Assembly (NCBI GenBank): GCA_965237955.1
Contig: OZ250169.1
Coordinates: forward strand, 4,640,001 to 4,704,000
DNA length: 64,000 nucleotides
Direction of reading: 5' to 3'
Origin: Candidatus Marinacidobacterales bacterium
GTDB taxonomy: Bacteria; Acidobacteriota; Vicinamibacteria; Marinacidobacterales; SMYC01
In this document: positions 53,270-64,000 of the stretch, one piece after another
Position numbering within the stretch: position 1 is the stretch's first letter
How the letters are laid out: each line of letters opens with the position of its first letter
The notes under the pieces: model-generated
What the model saw: the letters and a program-made list of their open reading frames with translations, nothing else
What the model was told of the DNA's origin: nothing
The model's database searches: none
Position numbers and translations under genes: made by a program

Positions 53270-53348
53270 CCGCTACCCGCTTTCCGCTTTCCGCCCTCCG
53301 GCGCGCGATTGCGCCGCGTGAAACCCGCGGTCTACACTGCGCATCCAC

Positions 53349-53933
53349 GTGACGATTCAGCTCGAACAGGAAGTGAAGTTTCCTTTGCCCTCGATCGACG
53401 CGGGCGCTTCCAAGCTTGCCGCGCTCGGCGCTCGCGTCGAAACGAAACGCCACTTCAAAGCGAACATACACTACGACTTTCCCGATGGACGGTTGTCGAA
53501 ACGCGACGAAGCACTTCGCCTGAGGCGTGTCGGTGACGACGCCTGGCTCACGTGGAAAGGACCCCAACACGGCGTTTCACGTATCAAACAACGCCGCGAG
53601 CTCGAGTCCCTGCTCGAAGATGGTGACGCGGTGGAAGGGATCCTCGAGGCCCTCGGCGTCGAGGAGTGTTTCCGCTACGAGAAGTACCGTACGTCGTACC
53701 GTCTCCACCGTCTAGAAGATGCGGTGTTGACGTTGGACGAGACACCCATTGGTGCGTTCATGGAAATTGAGGCTGCCCCCGCACGCATCACCGAGCTGGC
53801 CGAAAAGCTCGGGCTCGATATGGCCGATGCCATCAGCGTCAGCTATCCGCGTTTGTACGAGCGTTTCCGGCTCGAAACCCCAGATGCGCCGGAATTCATG
53901 GTGTTCCCGGAGAACGCGTCACCAGCATCATGA
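53349..53933 (+). CDS. CYTH/class IV adenylate cyclase-like protein
   Basis: ExExK motif 'EQEVK', 'LRLR', 'YEKYR', 'EIE'. Confidence 0.88.
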   Translation: MTIQLEQEVKFPLPSIDAGASKLAALGARVETKRHFKANIHYDFPDGRLSKRDEALRLRRVGDDAWLTWKGPQHGVSRIKQRRELESLLEDGDAVEGILEALGVEECFRYEKYRTSYRLHRLEDAVLTLDETPIGAFMEIEAAPARITELAEKLGLDMADAISVSYPRLYERFRLETPDAPEFMVFPENASPAS

Positions 53934-55003
53934 GCTTTCGGATTAAAAAGGCCATGGTCCTGGCGGCGGGCTTTGGCAAACGGTTGCGACCACTTACCGT
54001 CCACACGGCGAAGCCGGCGTTCCCGCTCATGGGGCGTCCTGTCATCGAGTACATCCTCCGGCGGTTGGCGAGAGCCGGCGTTGGTGAGGTGATCGTCAAC
54101 TTGCACCATCATGTGGAAACGGTGACGCCGTCACTCGAGCGCGCGCCGGCGGAACTTTCCATCCATCGCTCGGTCGAGGCCGAGCTTCTCGGCACTGGCG
54201 GTGGCTTGAAGAAAGTCGAGTGCCATTTCGCGTCGGAAGACGCGTTCCTACTTTTGAACGCCGACACGCTCGTCGATTTCGATCTGGACGCGATGATGCG
54301 TGTGCATCGAGATTCCGGAGCGTTGGCGACGCTGCTTTTGAGGCCCAAGCCGTCGCGCAGCCCCTATTCCACGGTTGATGTGGGAGCGGATGGACGGATC
54401 AACTCCATCGTGACTGGGGGTAGCGACGGGGAGTGGATGTTCGCAGGTGTGTGGGTCCTTTCACCGAAGATACTGGAGCGGCTTTCCGGCGCGCCTTGTG
54501 GACTCGAAAAAGAGCTCTTGCCTGGACTCATAGCAGAAAGAGCCGCGTACGCGTGTCCGCAGGAACCAAACTGGATTACCATCGACACCCCCAGCCGGTA
54601 CTGGGGCGCGTGCCTGACGATGGCCCGCGAGCGACTCTTCGAAGACGATTGGAACGTAGAGCTGGTATCGGATTACGAACCGACCAAGGTGTGGGCCGGC
54701 CCCGGGACTTGCATCGAACCGGGTGTTGACTTTCACGGCGATGTCGTCCTGGGTGCGGGGTGTCGCGTCGCTCGCGGCGCCCACATCGAGCGTGCCGTTT
54801 GCTGGGACGAGGTGGACGTTCCCAAAGGCACGCGACTCGAGAACTGCGTGATTACCGAAGGGGTACGGCTTCGAGCAGGGATGGAGCTCACCGACCGGCT
54901 GGTGATGCAAGTAGCTGGCGACGAGTCGGAGCTCAGAAAACGGGAGATTCGGGACAAGCTCCTGATTGCGAATCTGAGGAGCGGACGGACGCGAGGACTG
55001 TGA
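53930..55003 (+). CDS. NDP-sugar pyrophosphorylase (MurU/GMPP-like)
   Basis: 'AMVLAAGFGKRLRPLT...KP'; C-terminal hexapeptide-like region. Confidence 0.88.
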   Translation: MSFRIKKAMVLAAGFGKRLRPLTVHTAKPAFPLMGRPVIEYILRRLARAGVGEVIVNLHHHVETVTPSLERAPAELSIHRSVEAELLGTGGGLKKVECHFASEDAFLLLNADTLVDFDLDAMMRVHRDSGALATLLLRPKPSRSPYSTVDVGADGRINSIVTGGSDGEWMFAGVWVLSPKILERLSGAPCGLEKELLPGLIAERAAYACPQEPNWITIDTPSRYWGACLTMARERLFEDDWNVELVSDYEPTKVWAGPGTCIEPGVDFHGDVVLGAGCRVARGAHIERAVCWDEVDVPKGTRLENCVITEGVRLRAGMELTDRLVMQVAGDESELRKREIRDKLLIANLRSGRTRGL

Positions 55004-56010
55004 GCCTGACCGGAGTCGAGCCACTCGAGCGCATGCGCCGATTTCTGGCCGGCATCTCCGAGTTTGACGTCGCGCGCATCGAGTCTCTCGTCGGTGACGC
55101 GTCGAATCGAGCCTATTTTCGCATCGTGCTCGACGACGACGACACTCGGGTCGTCGCGCTCTTGCCGGAAGCATTCGAGACGGAGTCGCTCCCGTTTCTC
55201 AATGTCGCTCGGCTACTATCGGCGATCCCGGTTCGAGTTCCCGAAGTGATTCACGTAGCCGGCGAACAGGGAGTTCTGGTTCTGGAGGATCTCGGCGACA
55301 ACATATTGCAGGACGTCGTTGACGGAGCCACGATCGGACACAAGACCGAGCTCTACGAGGAGGCGATCGACATCCTGGCGAGGCTACAGCGAAGAGGCGC
55401 CGAGCTTAAAAGCGAGCGCTTCCTTCCGTATCGGGTCGCGTTCGATCCGGAAAAGTTCACGTGGGAGCTCGACTTCTTCCGCGAGCATTTCTTGGAGGGT
55501 TTCCGCGGATGTGTGATCGAGCCCGCCGACCGCGAAGGTCTCGAGACCGCGTTCCAAGCTCTCAGCGCGGAGCTTTGCGCACAGACGTTCGTGCTATGCC
55601 ATCGTGACTACCATTCCAGAAACTTGATGATCGTTTCCGGTGATTCCTCCGCCGCCGAGCTCGCCGTGATCGACTTTCAAGACGCGCGCCAGGGTCCTCG
55701 CGCGTACGATTTGGTGTCGCTTCTGAACGACTCGTACGTTGCGCACACACCGGAGTTAATAGGCGTGATGACGGAGCGGTTCGAGCGTGCGGTCGATGCC
55801 GACGTGTCGGAGGACTACGACGTAGCGGCGCTTCAGCGCAATCTCAAGGCGCTGGGCACGTTCGGCTACCAGATCGGACGCCGTGACAACGCCGTCTACG
55901 AACGCTACCTGGACGGAACGCTTTCGATGGTGCGAGCGAATCTAGAGCGGAACCCTAGGTGGGACTCACTGCGACGTATACTGGCACGTCATTGCGAGGA
56001 GATAGGATGA
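55000..56010 (+). CDS. AmgK-like APH-family phosphotransferase
   Basis: '[10 protein letters not shown]', 'HRDYHSRNL', 'IDFQDA'. Confidence 0.85.
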   Translation: MSLTGVEPLERMRRFLAGISEFDVARIESLVGDASNRAYFRIVLDDDDTRVVALLPEAFETESLPFLNVARLLSAIPVRVPEVIHVAGEQGVLVLEDLGDNILQDVVDGATIGHKTELYEEAIDILARLQRRGAELKSERFLPYRVAFDPEKFTWELDFFREHFLEGFRGCVIEPADREGLETAFQALSAELCAQTFVLCHRDYHSRNLMIVSGDSSAAELAVIDFQDARQGPRAYDLVSLLNDSYVAHTPELIGVMTERFERAVDADVSEDYDVAALQRNLKALGTFGYQIGRRDNAVYERYLDGTLSMVRANLERNPRWDSLRRILARHCEEIG

Positions 56011-57308
56011 CAGGCGACAAACAGGTCTACATCTCGGAGCTCGCCGAGCACAACCGCGAATCCGTGACCATGCGCGGATGGCTTCACAACCGGCGATCGA
56101 GTGGCAAGCTCCAGTTTCTGATCTTCCGCGACGGCTCGGGGTTCATGCAGGCGGTGGTTTCGAAGGCGGACGTTTCCGAGGACGCGTGGAACGACACCTT
56201 GGCGCTCACTCACGAGAGCTCGATCGAGCTCTCGGGGACCGTCCGCGAAGATGTGCGCGCGCCGGGTGGGTACGAGCTCACCGTGGCCGACGTGAAGGTC
56301 TTTCAAGTCGCGGAAGAATTTCCGATCACCCCCAAAGAGCACGGGGTCAATTTTCTCCTCGACCACCGGCACCTGTGGCTTCGCTCCAAACGGCAGCACG
56401 CAATCCTGCGCATCCGGAACGAAGTCGTCATGGCGGCGCGGCGCTACCTCGACGATCAGGGTTTTCTCTGCAGCGATACGCCCATCTTTACACCGAATGC
56501 GTGCGAAGGCACGACGACACTCTTCGAAACGCAGTATTTCGACGACAAGGCGTTCTTGGCCCAAAGCGGGCAGCTCTACAACGAGGCGATTGCAATGGCC
56601 GTCGGCAAGACTTACTGCTTCGGACCAACGTTCCGCGCCGAGAAATCGAAGACCCGCCGGCATCTCATCGAGTTCTGGATGATCGAGCCCGAAGTCGCGT
56701 ACCACGAGCTTGACGACACCATCGACCTCGCGGAGAACCTCATCTGCACCATCATCGAGACCGTTGTCGAGCGCCGACGTACCGAGCTCGACGTGCTAGA
56801 GCGCGACGTGTCGAAGCTCGCCTCCATCAAGAAGCCGTTTCATCGCATGACCTATGACGATGCCGCGGCGAAACTGAAGGAGAAGGGGACGGAGTTCACG
56901 CCCGGCGACGACTTTGGAGCACAGGACGAGACTGCCCTGACCGACGACCTCGACCGGCCCCTGGTGGTGACGCACTACCCGACGAACATCAAGGCGTTCT
57001 ACATGCAGCCCGATGCGGAGCGGCCCGATCGCGTCCTCTGCGTCGACATCCTCGCCCCCGAGGGCTACGGCGAGATCGTCGGCGGCGGACAACGGATCCA
57101 CGACCACGAGCTGATCGAAAAGCGCCTGAAAGAGCACGAACTGCCGCAGGATCAGTTCCAGTGGTATCTGGATCTTCGCCGCTACGGGAGCGTGCCCCAT
57201 TCGGGGTTCGGGATGGGGATCGAGCGATTCATCTCGTGGATTTGCAAGTTAGAGCATCTCAGGGAAGCGATACCGTTCCCGAGAATGCTGTACCGCTTGA
57301 CGCCGTAG
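56007..57308 (+). CDS. asnS: Asparagine--tRNA ligase
   Basis: 'RHLWLRS', 'QSGQLY', '[12 protein letters not shown]', 'GSVPHSGFG'. Confidence 0.95.
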   Translation: MTGDKQVYISELAEHNRESVTMRGWLHNRRSSGKLQFLIFRDGSGFMQAVVSKADVSEDAWNDTLALTHESSIELSGTVREDVRAPGGYELTVADVKVFQVAEEFPITPKEHGVNFLLDHRHLWLRSKRQHAILRIRNEVVMAARRYLDDQGFLCSDTPIFTPNACEGTTTLFETQYFDDKAFLAQSGQLYNEAIAMAVGKTYCFGPTFRAEKSKTRRHLIEFWMIEPEVAYHELDDTIDLAENLICTIIETVVERRRTELDVLERDVSKLASIKKPFHRMTYDDAAAKLKEKGTEFTPGDDFGAQDETALTDDLDRPLVVTHYPTNIKAFYMQPDAERPDRVLCVDILAPEGYGEIVGGGQRIHDHELIEKRLKEHELPQDQFQWYLDLRRYGSVPHSGFGMGIERFISWICKLEHLREAIPFPRMLYRLTP

Positions 57309-57317
57309 CTGCCACTC

Positions 57318-57405
57318 AAAAACAAACGCAAAGACGCAAGGGCGCAAAGAAACCGAGCTCTTTGCGTCTTTGCGTCTTCGCGCCCCTGCGCCTTTGCGTT
57401 TTTTT
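57318..57405. terminator. Palindromic 8-bp-periodic REP-like element, likely bidirectional terminator
   Basis: (CGCAAAGA)n arm paired with (TCTTTGCG)n arm, A-run and T-run flanks, between convergent genes. Confidence 0.7.
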
Positions 57406-58539
57406 CTAATCGGTCGACTGCCCTTCCAGAAACGGTTCGGGTCGAATGGACTCGGCGCCGTTTTCCGTGCACAACGCAAAGCGCGATCTCTCCGACGAGT
57501 ACATCGAGACACCAGCGTGCTCGCCCTTCTTGTTGAGAATGTAGAAGCTCAGCCCGAAGTTCGGGAGGCCTTTCTCGTTCAGCAGACGTTTTTCCACCGT
57601 CGTCTCCTGGACGCGCCGTAGCGCTTCCATGCCTGCGTCTTTCGGATGCTTTCCGCGGCGCATCTCTTCGACGATCAGAAACGAGCACAGCCCGTAGAGG
57701 TTCGCTTCACCGCGCCCGGTCGAGCCGCAGGCGCCGACTTCGTTGTCCACCCACAGCCCGGCGCCAAGAATCGGGGAATCGCCCACCCGCCCCGGTATCT
57801 TCCACGCTAGACCACTGGTGGTGGTCACGCCACAGATGTCGCTGTTCGCGTTGATGCCGTCGCAGTTGATGGTGCCCCAGAACGATTCCTCGTCGACGAG
57901 GCCCTCTTTCAGCATCTGGCGGGCCGCGGTGAGGCCGGCGTCGGCTCGCTTCTTCGGATCCAGGTAATGTTCCGGATCGATCCGGCGTTTCCACTCGAGC
58001 CACATCTTGCGGGAGCGCTCGGTGTTCAAGTCGTCTTCGATCTCGAAACCCATGTTCCGAGCGAACTCTTGCGCGCCATCGCCGACGAGCAGGTGATGGT
58101 CGGTGTACTCCATGACCGCGTGCGCGACCTTGGACGGGGTGCGTACACCCTCGATGGCGCCCACGCCGCCCGCGCGTTTTTTCGGTCCGTGCATGCAGCA
58201 CGAGTCGAGCTGCACGACTCCATCAGCGTTCGGGCGTCCCCCGTAACCGACCCCGCTATCTTCGGGGTCGAGCTCGACGATGTTGACTCCAGCGATCAAC
58301 GACTCGAGCACGTCCTTTCCCTCGGTCATCATCTCGAACGCGGTCTCGACGCGCGTCTTCGTCCCGCCGTTTTTGACCGTATTGCCGTTTCCGGAAGCGA
58401 TCACCAGCGGCTTGACTTCGCTTGGGACGATCATGGTGGGCATGGTCGGAGACGACCCGAACGCAGCGGCCGGGGTAGCAGCCGCGACACCAGCGGCACT
58501 CCTCAAAACGAAATAACCCCGACTGATTTTCTTCTTCAT
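57406..58539 (-). CDS. N(4)-(beta-N-acetylglucosaminyl)-L-asparaginase (Ntn hydrolase)
   Basis: 'GVGYGG', 'GTIN', 'TTTSG', 'GRVGDSP', 'TGRGE'. Confidence 0.9.
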   Translation of the reverse strand: MKKKISRGYFVLRSAAGVAAATPAAAFGSSPTMPTMIVPSEVKPLVIASGNGNTVKNGGTKTRVETAFEMMTEGKDVLESLIAGVNIVELDPEDSGVGYGGRPNADGVVQLDSCCMHGPKKRAGGVGAIEGVRTPSKVAHAVMEYTDHHLLVGDGAQEFARNMGFEIEDDLNTERSRKMWLEWKRRIDPEHYLDPKKRADAGLTAARQMLKEGLVDEESFWGTINCDGINANSDICGVTTTSGLAWKIPGRVGDSPILGAGLWVDNEVGACGSTGRGEANLYGLCSFLIVEEMRRGKHPKDAGMEALRRVQETTVEKRLLNEKGLPNFGLSFYILNKKGEHAGVSMYSSERSRFALCTENGAESIRPEPFLEGQSTD

Positions 58540-58615
58540 TCTGGGTCCTTCCGACAAATGCCCGACAAATTTTTGTCCAGCGCGGATAGTACTTCTTGGA
58601 TCCGGCTCGGGCAAC

Positions 58616-58798
58616 CCTGTAGTCAGCTAGCTGCGTACCCCTCCATTCTTCCCTGTCCCGAGCCGACGACGCCTAGTTCACCTGAACAAAGGCTGCGTTG
58701 AGTAGAAGGCCCTTGGGCGTCTCGAGAGCCTCCATCCCTCTCCGACGCCATCGAAACCGCCCCGCCGTCAAACCGGCACATATGTGCCACCCTACAGG
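58616..58798 (+). ncRNA. Candidate small RNA (resembles sX9-type sRNA from memory; strand and ends uncertain)
   Basis: Intergenic; CU-rich motifs 'TTCCCTGTCCCGA' and 'GCCTCCATCCCTCTCCGACG'; CCTGTAG/CTACAGG closing complement. Confidence 0.35.
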
Positions 58799-59033
58799 AC
58801 AGGTAGGAATTATCCGGAGGGGCTCGACGCACAGCCTCGCGACCTATTCCAACCACCCCCGTTCGGGCCCATTTCAGCCCTCAAAACCGTTAAGCACCCG
58901 AGGCGAGCTCCTCGAGTACCAGCACGGACTCATCCATGCATCGGACATGCGACAAAACTATCCTGACAAAGGGGGAGACCTTCACAAAGAGCTAATGGCC
59001 GAAAGGCGAATCTTGCGCTACTCTAGCGTCTTC

Positions 59034-60383
59034 ATGAGCAAGAAAGTCGGGTTCGTAAGCTTGGGTTGCCCGAAGAACCTCCTCGACACCGAGGTGATGT
59101 TGGGGCATTTGACGAAGTCCGGCTACGAGCTTACCCAGGCTCCTGAGGACGCGGAAGTTCTGGTCGTCAACACCTGCGGCTTCATCGACGCCGCTAAACA
59201 AGAGAGCATCGACACCATCCTGGAGATGGCCCGTTACAAGAAAGACGGTAACTGCCGCCGGCTCGTGGTCACCGGTTGCCTGGCGCAGCGGTATTCTCAA
59301 AACATCAGCGCCGAGTTCCCCGAAGTCGATGCCGTCATCGGGCTCGATCAGCTGCACACGATTGTGGATGCGTCCGAAGGCAAGGAGCGACGGGTGGAAT
59401 CGCTCCGCGCGGACGGTTCGGCTGCCTACCTTTATGACCACTTAGCACCTCGGGTGTTGACAACACCGACTCACTACGCCTACGTCAAGATTTCCGAAGG
59501 GTGTGACTACCCGTGTACGTTCTGCATCATCCCGAAGATTCGAGGCGCGTACCGAAGCCGCCAGCCGGACTCGATTTTGGCAGAAGCAGAAGCGCTCGCC
59601 GCGCAAGGCGTCAAGGAATTGTGCCTCATCGCCCAGGACACGACCCGCTACGGGGACGAGATCGGGCTCCGGCACGGGCTTTCGGATCTTTTGCGCCAGC
59701 TCGCTCGAGTCGACGGGATCGAGTGGGTGCGTTTTCTCTACGCCTACCCGACGACGGTGGATGACGCCGTGCTCTCCGCGATGGCGGAAGAGCCCGAGCT
59801 TTGCCGTTACGTGGATATCCCGCTTCAGCACGCGAGCAACCGCGTGCTCAAAGCCATGAAACGGCCCGGAACCGGTGACAGCAACAAAGCGTTGATCCAG
59901 AGGATTCGAGACGCGGTTCCGGGAGTCGCGGTGCGCAGCTCCTTCATCACAGGCTTTCCCGGTGAGACCGAGGAAGACTTCGAAGAGCTCCTCGATTTCT
60001 GTCGGGACGTCGAGCTCGACCACCTCGGCGTATTCACGTACTCCAATGAGGAAGGGACCGAGGCGTACGTGCCCATCGAGACCGTCTCGGACGAGGAGAA
60101 GGCGCGTCGCCGGGACAGCCTCATGGAGTGCCAGCGTGAGATCTCTTTGAGGAAGAACCAGCGGCGGATCGGCTCACGGGTGCGCGTGCTCGTCGAGGGG
60201 CTCGCGGATGAGACCGACCTGCTGCTCCAGGGGCGTACCGAGCATCAGGCCCCGGGTATCGATGGGGTGGTTCTCATTAATGATGGTGAGGCCCAGCCCG
60301 GCAGCTTCGCCGATGTCGAGCTCACCGAAGCCCATCCTTACGACTTGATCGGACACGTCGTCCAGCCGGAAATGACGGGTTGA
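59034..60383 (+). CDS. rimO: Ribosomal protein S12 methylthiotransferase
   Basis: 'SLGCPKNL', 'NTCGFI', 'EGCDYPCTFC', TRAM domain 'APGIDG'. Confidence 0.93.
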   Translation: MSKKVGFVSLGCPKNLLDTEVMLGHLTKSGYELTQAPEDAEVLVVNTCGFIDAAKQESIDTILEMARYKKDGNCRRLVVTGCLAQRYSQNISAEFPEVDAVIGLDQLHTIVDASEGKERRVESLRADGSAAYLYDHLAPRVLTTPTHYAYVKISEGCDYPCTFCIIPKIRGAYRSRQPDSILAEAEALAAQGVKELCLIAQDTTRYGDEIGLRHGLSDLLRQLARVDGIEWVRFLYAYPTTVDDAVLSAMAEEPELCRYVDIPLQHASNRVLKAMKRPGTGDSNKALIQRIRDAVPGVAVRSSFITGFPGETEEDFEELLDFCRDVELDHLGVFTYSNEEGTEAYVPIETVSDEEKARRRDSLMECQREISLRKNQRRIGSRVRVLVEGLADETDLLLQGRTEHQAPGIDGVVLINDGEAQPGSFADVELTEAHPYDLIGHVVQPEMTG

Positions 60384-60408
60384 ATTCAAGATCGCCCTAG
60401 TCTATAGT
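60380..60408 (+). promoter_or_regulatory. Sigma70-like promoter for the rimP operon
   Basis: TTGAAT-17 bp-TATAGT. Confidence 0.55.
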
Positions 60409-60432
60409 TGGGGTCTAATTTACGGGACCACG

Positions 60433-60461
60433 GAGTGGGCGCTCGTTTGCCCACTTTTTTT
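60433..60461 (+). promoter_or_regulatory. rimP leader hairpin/attenuator
   Basis: AGTGGGC...GCCCACT followed by a T-run, upstream of rimP. Confidence 0.7.
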
Positions 60462-60579
60462 ATGGCTTTGAACGCTCGAACGTCCTTTCGCGCGACCCCA
60501 TAGACAGTCGAGGTGTTTTTTCGAGGTGATTGGAACCCTAGCGCCTTCTTTAGACGCTGCAGCTTGAGCACATGGAATC

Positions 60580-61119
60580 ATGACGACCCCTGATAACGTC
60601 GACGTCGACGCGAATCTGCTTCGAGAGCTCGAGGGCTTGGCTCGTTCTGCGGCCTCCGCGGAAGGCGTCGATGTGGCCTGGTGCGAGCTGAAGGGGAAGC
60701 ACGGCTCCCGGGTGTTGCGCGTGTTCATCGAGAGAACCGATGGCGACGTCGGTCTGGCCGAGTGTGAGCGCGTGTCGAAGAAGCTCGGAGTCGTGCTCGA
60801 CGTTGAAGATCCCATCGATTCGGCGTACACCCTCGAAGTCAGCACTCCCGGGCTGGATCGACCTCTGCACGACGAGCGTGACTACCTGCGGTTTACGGGC
60901 AAACTCGCGCAGGTGAAAACGAATCGAGCGGTCGACGGCCGGAAACGGTTCGTCGGGCGGCTCGCCGGGATTTCGGGAGGGTTCTTGTCGCTCGATGGAG
61001 AGGGGGCAACGGCCCGCCTACCTTGGTCGGCGGTCGAAAGTGGACGGCTCGAGGTCGAGCTCGACCCGCCGGGCATCTTCAACCGGTCCAACCGGGCTCG
61101 TTCGAGGAAGCGCGCATGA
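60580..61119 (+). CDS. rimP: Ribosome maturation factor RimP
   Basis: 'LRVFIE', 'YTLEVSTPGLDRPL'. Confidence 0.93.
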   Translation: MTTPDNVDVDANLLRELEGLARSAASAEGVDVAWCELKGKHGSRVLRVFIERTDGDVGLAECERVSKKLGVVLDVEDPIDSAYTLEVSTPGLDRPLHDERDYLRFTGKLAQVKTNRAVDGRKRFVGRLAGISGGFLSLDGEGATARLPWSAVESGRLEVELDPPGIFNRSNRARSRKRA

Positions 61120-62540
61120 GCCTGCTCTTCCAGCACATCGAGCAGATGAGCCGCGACAAGGGCGTGGATGCGGCGATCATCGTCGAGGCTGTCGAAGATG
61201 CCATTCTGACGGCGGTCAAGAAGTACTACGCCACCGAAGAGCCTTACCAGGCTCGCTTCAACAAAGAGACCGGGCAGGTCGAAGTCTTCCTCGTCAAGAC
61301 CGTGGTCGAAACCGTCACCGACCCCGAGACCGAGATTGCGCTTCCAGACGCCGAGCGCGTCGTGCGCTCGGCAACGCTCGGTAGCCAAGTGGAGCTTCAT
61401 AAACCGACCGACGTGCTCGGACGTATCGCTGCCCAGACGGCGAAGCAAGTCATCTTTCAGAAGGTTCGTGAGGCCGAGCGCGATCACATCTTCAGCGAGT
61501 ACGGCGATCGTGTAGGACAGCTCGTCACCGGCTTGGTGAAACACGCCGAGAGCGGTGACCTCGTCGTCGACCTCGGAAAGACGGAAGCGCTCTTGCCACG
61601 ACGCGAGCAGTCGCGCGCCGAGATCTTCAACCCGGGTGAGAGGATTCGGGTGGTCATCACCAGGGTGTCGAGAACCGCGCGTGGCCCGCAAGTCATCGTT
61701 TCTCGCACCGACCCGGCGCTTCTCGCAAGGCTCTTCGAGATGGAGGTTCCGGAAATCTACGAAGGCACCGTCATCGTGAAGAACGCCGTTCGCGAGCCGG
61801 GGGACCGCGCCAAAGTCGCCGTGTTCTCCAAGGAAAAGGACGTCGATCCCGTTGGAGCGTGCGTCGGCATCAAAGGAGCGCGCGTGCAGAACATCATCCG
61901 CGAGCTTCGGGGCGAGAAGATCGACATCGTGGAATGGAACGACGATGCACGGAACTACGCGCTCAACGCGCTTAATCCTGCCAAGGTCAGCCGCGTCTCC
62001 ATCGTGGACGAGAAAGACAAGGTGATGGAAGTGATCGTCGAGGAGAAGCAGCTTTCGCTTGCTATCGGCAAGCGTGGACAGAACGTCCGGCTGGCCGCGA
62101 GGCTCCTCGGATGGCGCATCGACATCAAGGGCGAGGAGGAGAAAAAGCTCGAGATCCAGACGCAAATGGACGCGGCCATGGCGCCGTCCGTAGGGACGGA
62201 TATTCGCGTCATCGAGGGCATCGGTGAGAAGACGATGAGAAAGCTCATCGCGCACGGGTTCACCTCGCTCGAGAAGGTGGTCGCGACGCCCGAAGCGGTG
62301 ACCGACGTCCCCGGTGTCGGTGTCAAGACGGCTGAAAAGCTCGTCGCCCAAGCCCGTGCGTCTCTCGGCAGTGCCGAGACGCCGGTAATAAGCGACGACT
62401 CGGCGCCGAAAGACGGCGAACCAGTCAACGAAGAGGAAGTAGTGGCGATGTCGGTTGCAGATGGCACCGGCGGCATTGCCGAAGTGGAGCCGGGGCCCGA
62501 TTTGAGCGGGCTCGACGAAGCTTCTGGGAGTGAGCGCTGA
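61116..62540 (+). CDS. nusA: Transcription factor NusA
   Basis: '[12 protein letters not shown]', 'REPGDRAK', '[12 protein letters not shown]'. Confidence 0.96.
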   Translation: MSLLFQHIEQMSRDKGVDAAIIVEAVEDAILTAVKKYYATEEPYQARFNKETGQVEVFLVKTVVETVTDPETEIALPDAERVVRSATLGSQVELHKPTDVLGRIAAQTAKQVIFQKVREAERDHIFSEYGDRVGQLVTGLVKHAESGDLVVDLGKTEALLPRREQSRAEIFNPGERIRVVITRVSRTARGPQVIVSRTDPALLARLFEMEVPEIYEGTVIVKNAVREPGDRAKVAVFSKEKDVDPVGACVGIKGARVQNIIRELRGEKIDIVEWNDDARNYALNALNPAKVSRVSIVDEKDKVMEVIVEEKQLSLAIGKRGQNVRLAARLLGWRIDIKGEEEKKLEIQTQMDAAMAPSVGTDIRVIEGIGEKTMRKLIAHGFTSLEKVVATPEAVTDVPGVGVKTAEKLVAQARASLGSAETPVISDDSAPKDGEPVNEEEVVAMSVADGTGGIAEVEPGPDLSGLDEASGSER

Positions 62541-64000
62541 TGGACAAGGTCAGAGTCTACGAGCTCGCTCGCGAGCTCGGCATCACGAGCCCGAAGACAA
62601 TTGCGCTTCTCAAAGAGAAGCTCAAGATTCGGGTGAAGTCGGCGTCGAGCACGATCGAGGAAGACACTGCCATCAAATTGAAACGGCTGCTGCGTCTCGA
62701 AGGCTCGTCCGCGATGCGGAAGAAAGCCGAAAAAACGGAAGCGGCCGCTGCGGGAGATGGCAAAGGCGACGCTCGGTCGGCGCGTAAGCGCCGCGCCGAA
62801 AAGGCCCGGCTCGCGTTGCTCCAGGAGATGGACGACGAGGACCGCGCCGAGAGAGAGAAAATCGAAAAGGCGGCGCGCGAAAAAAGAGAACGAGAGCGTC
62901 TCGAGGCCGAAGAGGCAGCACGGAAGGCCGCCGAAGCAGAGCGCGAGAGGGAGGCCGCCGCCGATGCCACTGCTCTCGCCGAGCTCGAAGCCATTGGCGA
63001 GGACGATGCGGAAGCGCCAGCAGGAGTTGGCGAAGATGGTGTCGTCCATGTAGGGCAGGTGGGGCCGGTGGCAAATGCGCCGGTCGAGCTACCCGCATCC
63101 GACGGGCCTGCTCAGCCTGGTCAGTCTGTCCAGGCGGCGCCCATGCCGGGGCCGATGGATCGTAGAGTTGATCTGTTGCGAAAGCCCTCCGTTTCAGCCC
63201 ACGTGCCAAAAGCCACGCCGGCTCCCAAGCTGCCTCCCGCGCCAGCGACTCCTCCTGCCGCGGCGCCGCCCGTCGCGACGACGGCGCTGCCCGCTCCGGG
63301 TCGAGAGTCGTTCGTCCCCGGACCGACGGCGCAATACGTTCGCACGCGGCCGGCGCTGCCACGGCCAACGCCCAGTGCTCGACGTGATCAGCCCAGGCCG
63401 GCGCCGTCACGTCCGCGGCCCGCAGCACCGATCAAGCGCGTTCCCGCACGCGCCGATGAAGGCAAGCCCAAATCCAAGCGGAAGGGGAAACGGCCCCAGC
63501 GTGCCGCCGCCGTGCCCGATGCCGCCGAACAGGCTCTGCCCGAGCCCATGCCTCGGCTCGACGAGCGCAATCAGGCCGCGCCTAAGATCTTCCGCAAGAT
63601 CGCATTGACAGAAGGACTTACCGTGAAGGAGCTTGCGGAGAAACTCGAGGTCAAGCACAAAGACGTCATCAAGGTTCTTCTTGGTCGCGGCGTTCTCGCG
63701 ACGATCAATCAGACGCTGACTGCCGACACCGCCAAAGAGCTAGCAAAGCAGTTCGGCGCGGAAGCGGAAATTCTCTCGTTCGAGGAGGACGTTCTCCGCG
63801 AAGAGGCAAGCGAAGAGAAGCCGGAAGATCTCGTGAGCCGCGCTCCGGTGGTTACGGTGATGGGCCACGTCGATCATGGAAAGACGAGCTTGCTCGATGC
63901 CATCCGGGAGACGAAGGTCGTCGAAAAAGAGGCCGGCGGCATTACCCAACACGTTGGCGCGTATAGCGTCACCGTGAACGAGCGGAGTGTCGTCTTCCTC
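62540..64000 (+). CDS. infB: Translation initiation factor IF-2, 3'-partial
   Basis: '[14 protein letters not shown]' from the ATG at 62540; '[14 protein letters not shown]' and 'EAGGITQH' near the window end. Confidence 0.95.
   Translation, partial: MDKVRVYELARELGITSPKTIALLKEKLKIRVKSASSTIEEDTAIKLKRLLRLEGSSAMRKKAEKTEAAAAGDGKGDARSARKRRAEKARLALLQEMDDEDRAEREKIEKAAREKRERERLEAEEAARKAAEAEREREAAADATALAELEAIGEDDAEAPAGVGEDGVVHVGQVGPVANAPVELPASDGPAQPGQSVQAAPMPGPMDRRVDLLRKPSVSAHVPKATPAPKLPPAPATPPAAAPPVATTALPAPGRESFVPGPTAQYVRTRPALPRPTPSARRDQPRPAPSRPRPAAPIKRVPARADEGKPKSKRKGKRPQRAAAVPDAAEQALPEPMPRLDERNQAAPKIFRKIALTEGLTVKELAEKLEVKHKDVIKVLLGRGVLATINQTLTADTAKELAKQFGAEAEILSFEEDVLREEASEEKPEDLVSRAPVVTVMGHVDHGKTSLLDAIRETKVVEKEAGGITQHVGAYSVTVNERSVVFL

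Noticed and set aside
53270-53300. 7-bp CCGCTTT-like tandem after smc
   Set aside because: Only about four imperfect units; no evident function.
58616-58798. 6S RNA or tmRNA
   Set aside because: No long continuous duplex with central bubble and no tRNA-like CCA end.

Overview
High-GC bacterial chromosome segment, probably Acidobacteriota (inferred from a fused lptF-lptG, an ADOP-type permease remnant and an Oar-type TonB receptor). It has three zones. (1) 1-30 kb: a cell-surface glycan modification region. Its core is a ~16 kb minus-strand gene run with three cobalamin-binding radical SAM enzymes, a fourth radical SAM, SAM methyltransferases, GT4/GT9 glycosyltransferases (one fused to a nucleotidyltransferase-like domain), two flippases and an O-antigen ligase-like protein; signalling genes and gene debris follow. 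(2) 30.4-46.9 kb: a dense mobile-element mosaic. It holds seven copies of a >=54-bp terminal repeat of an rve-integrase element, IS3/IS5/IS256/ISAzo13 pieces, a DUF2924 + serine recombinase pair, recD2 and a DUF2442/DUF4160 pair. It also holds an RT-deleted group II intron whose EBS1 is complementary to the end motif of a related IS-like element into which it is inserted. (3) 46.9-64 kb: housekeeping genes (lptFG with an internal duplication, smc, CYTH, MurU/AmgK-like, asnS, glycoasparaginase, rimO, rimP-nusA-infB). All calls come from reading motifs by eye; no database searches were run.
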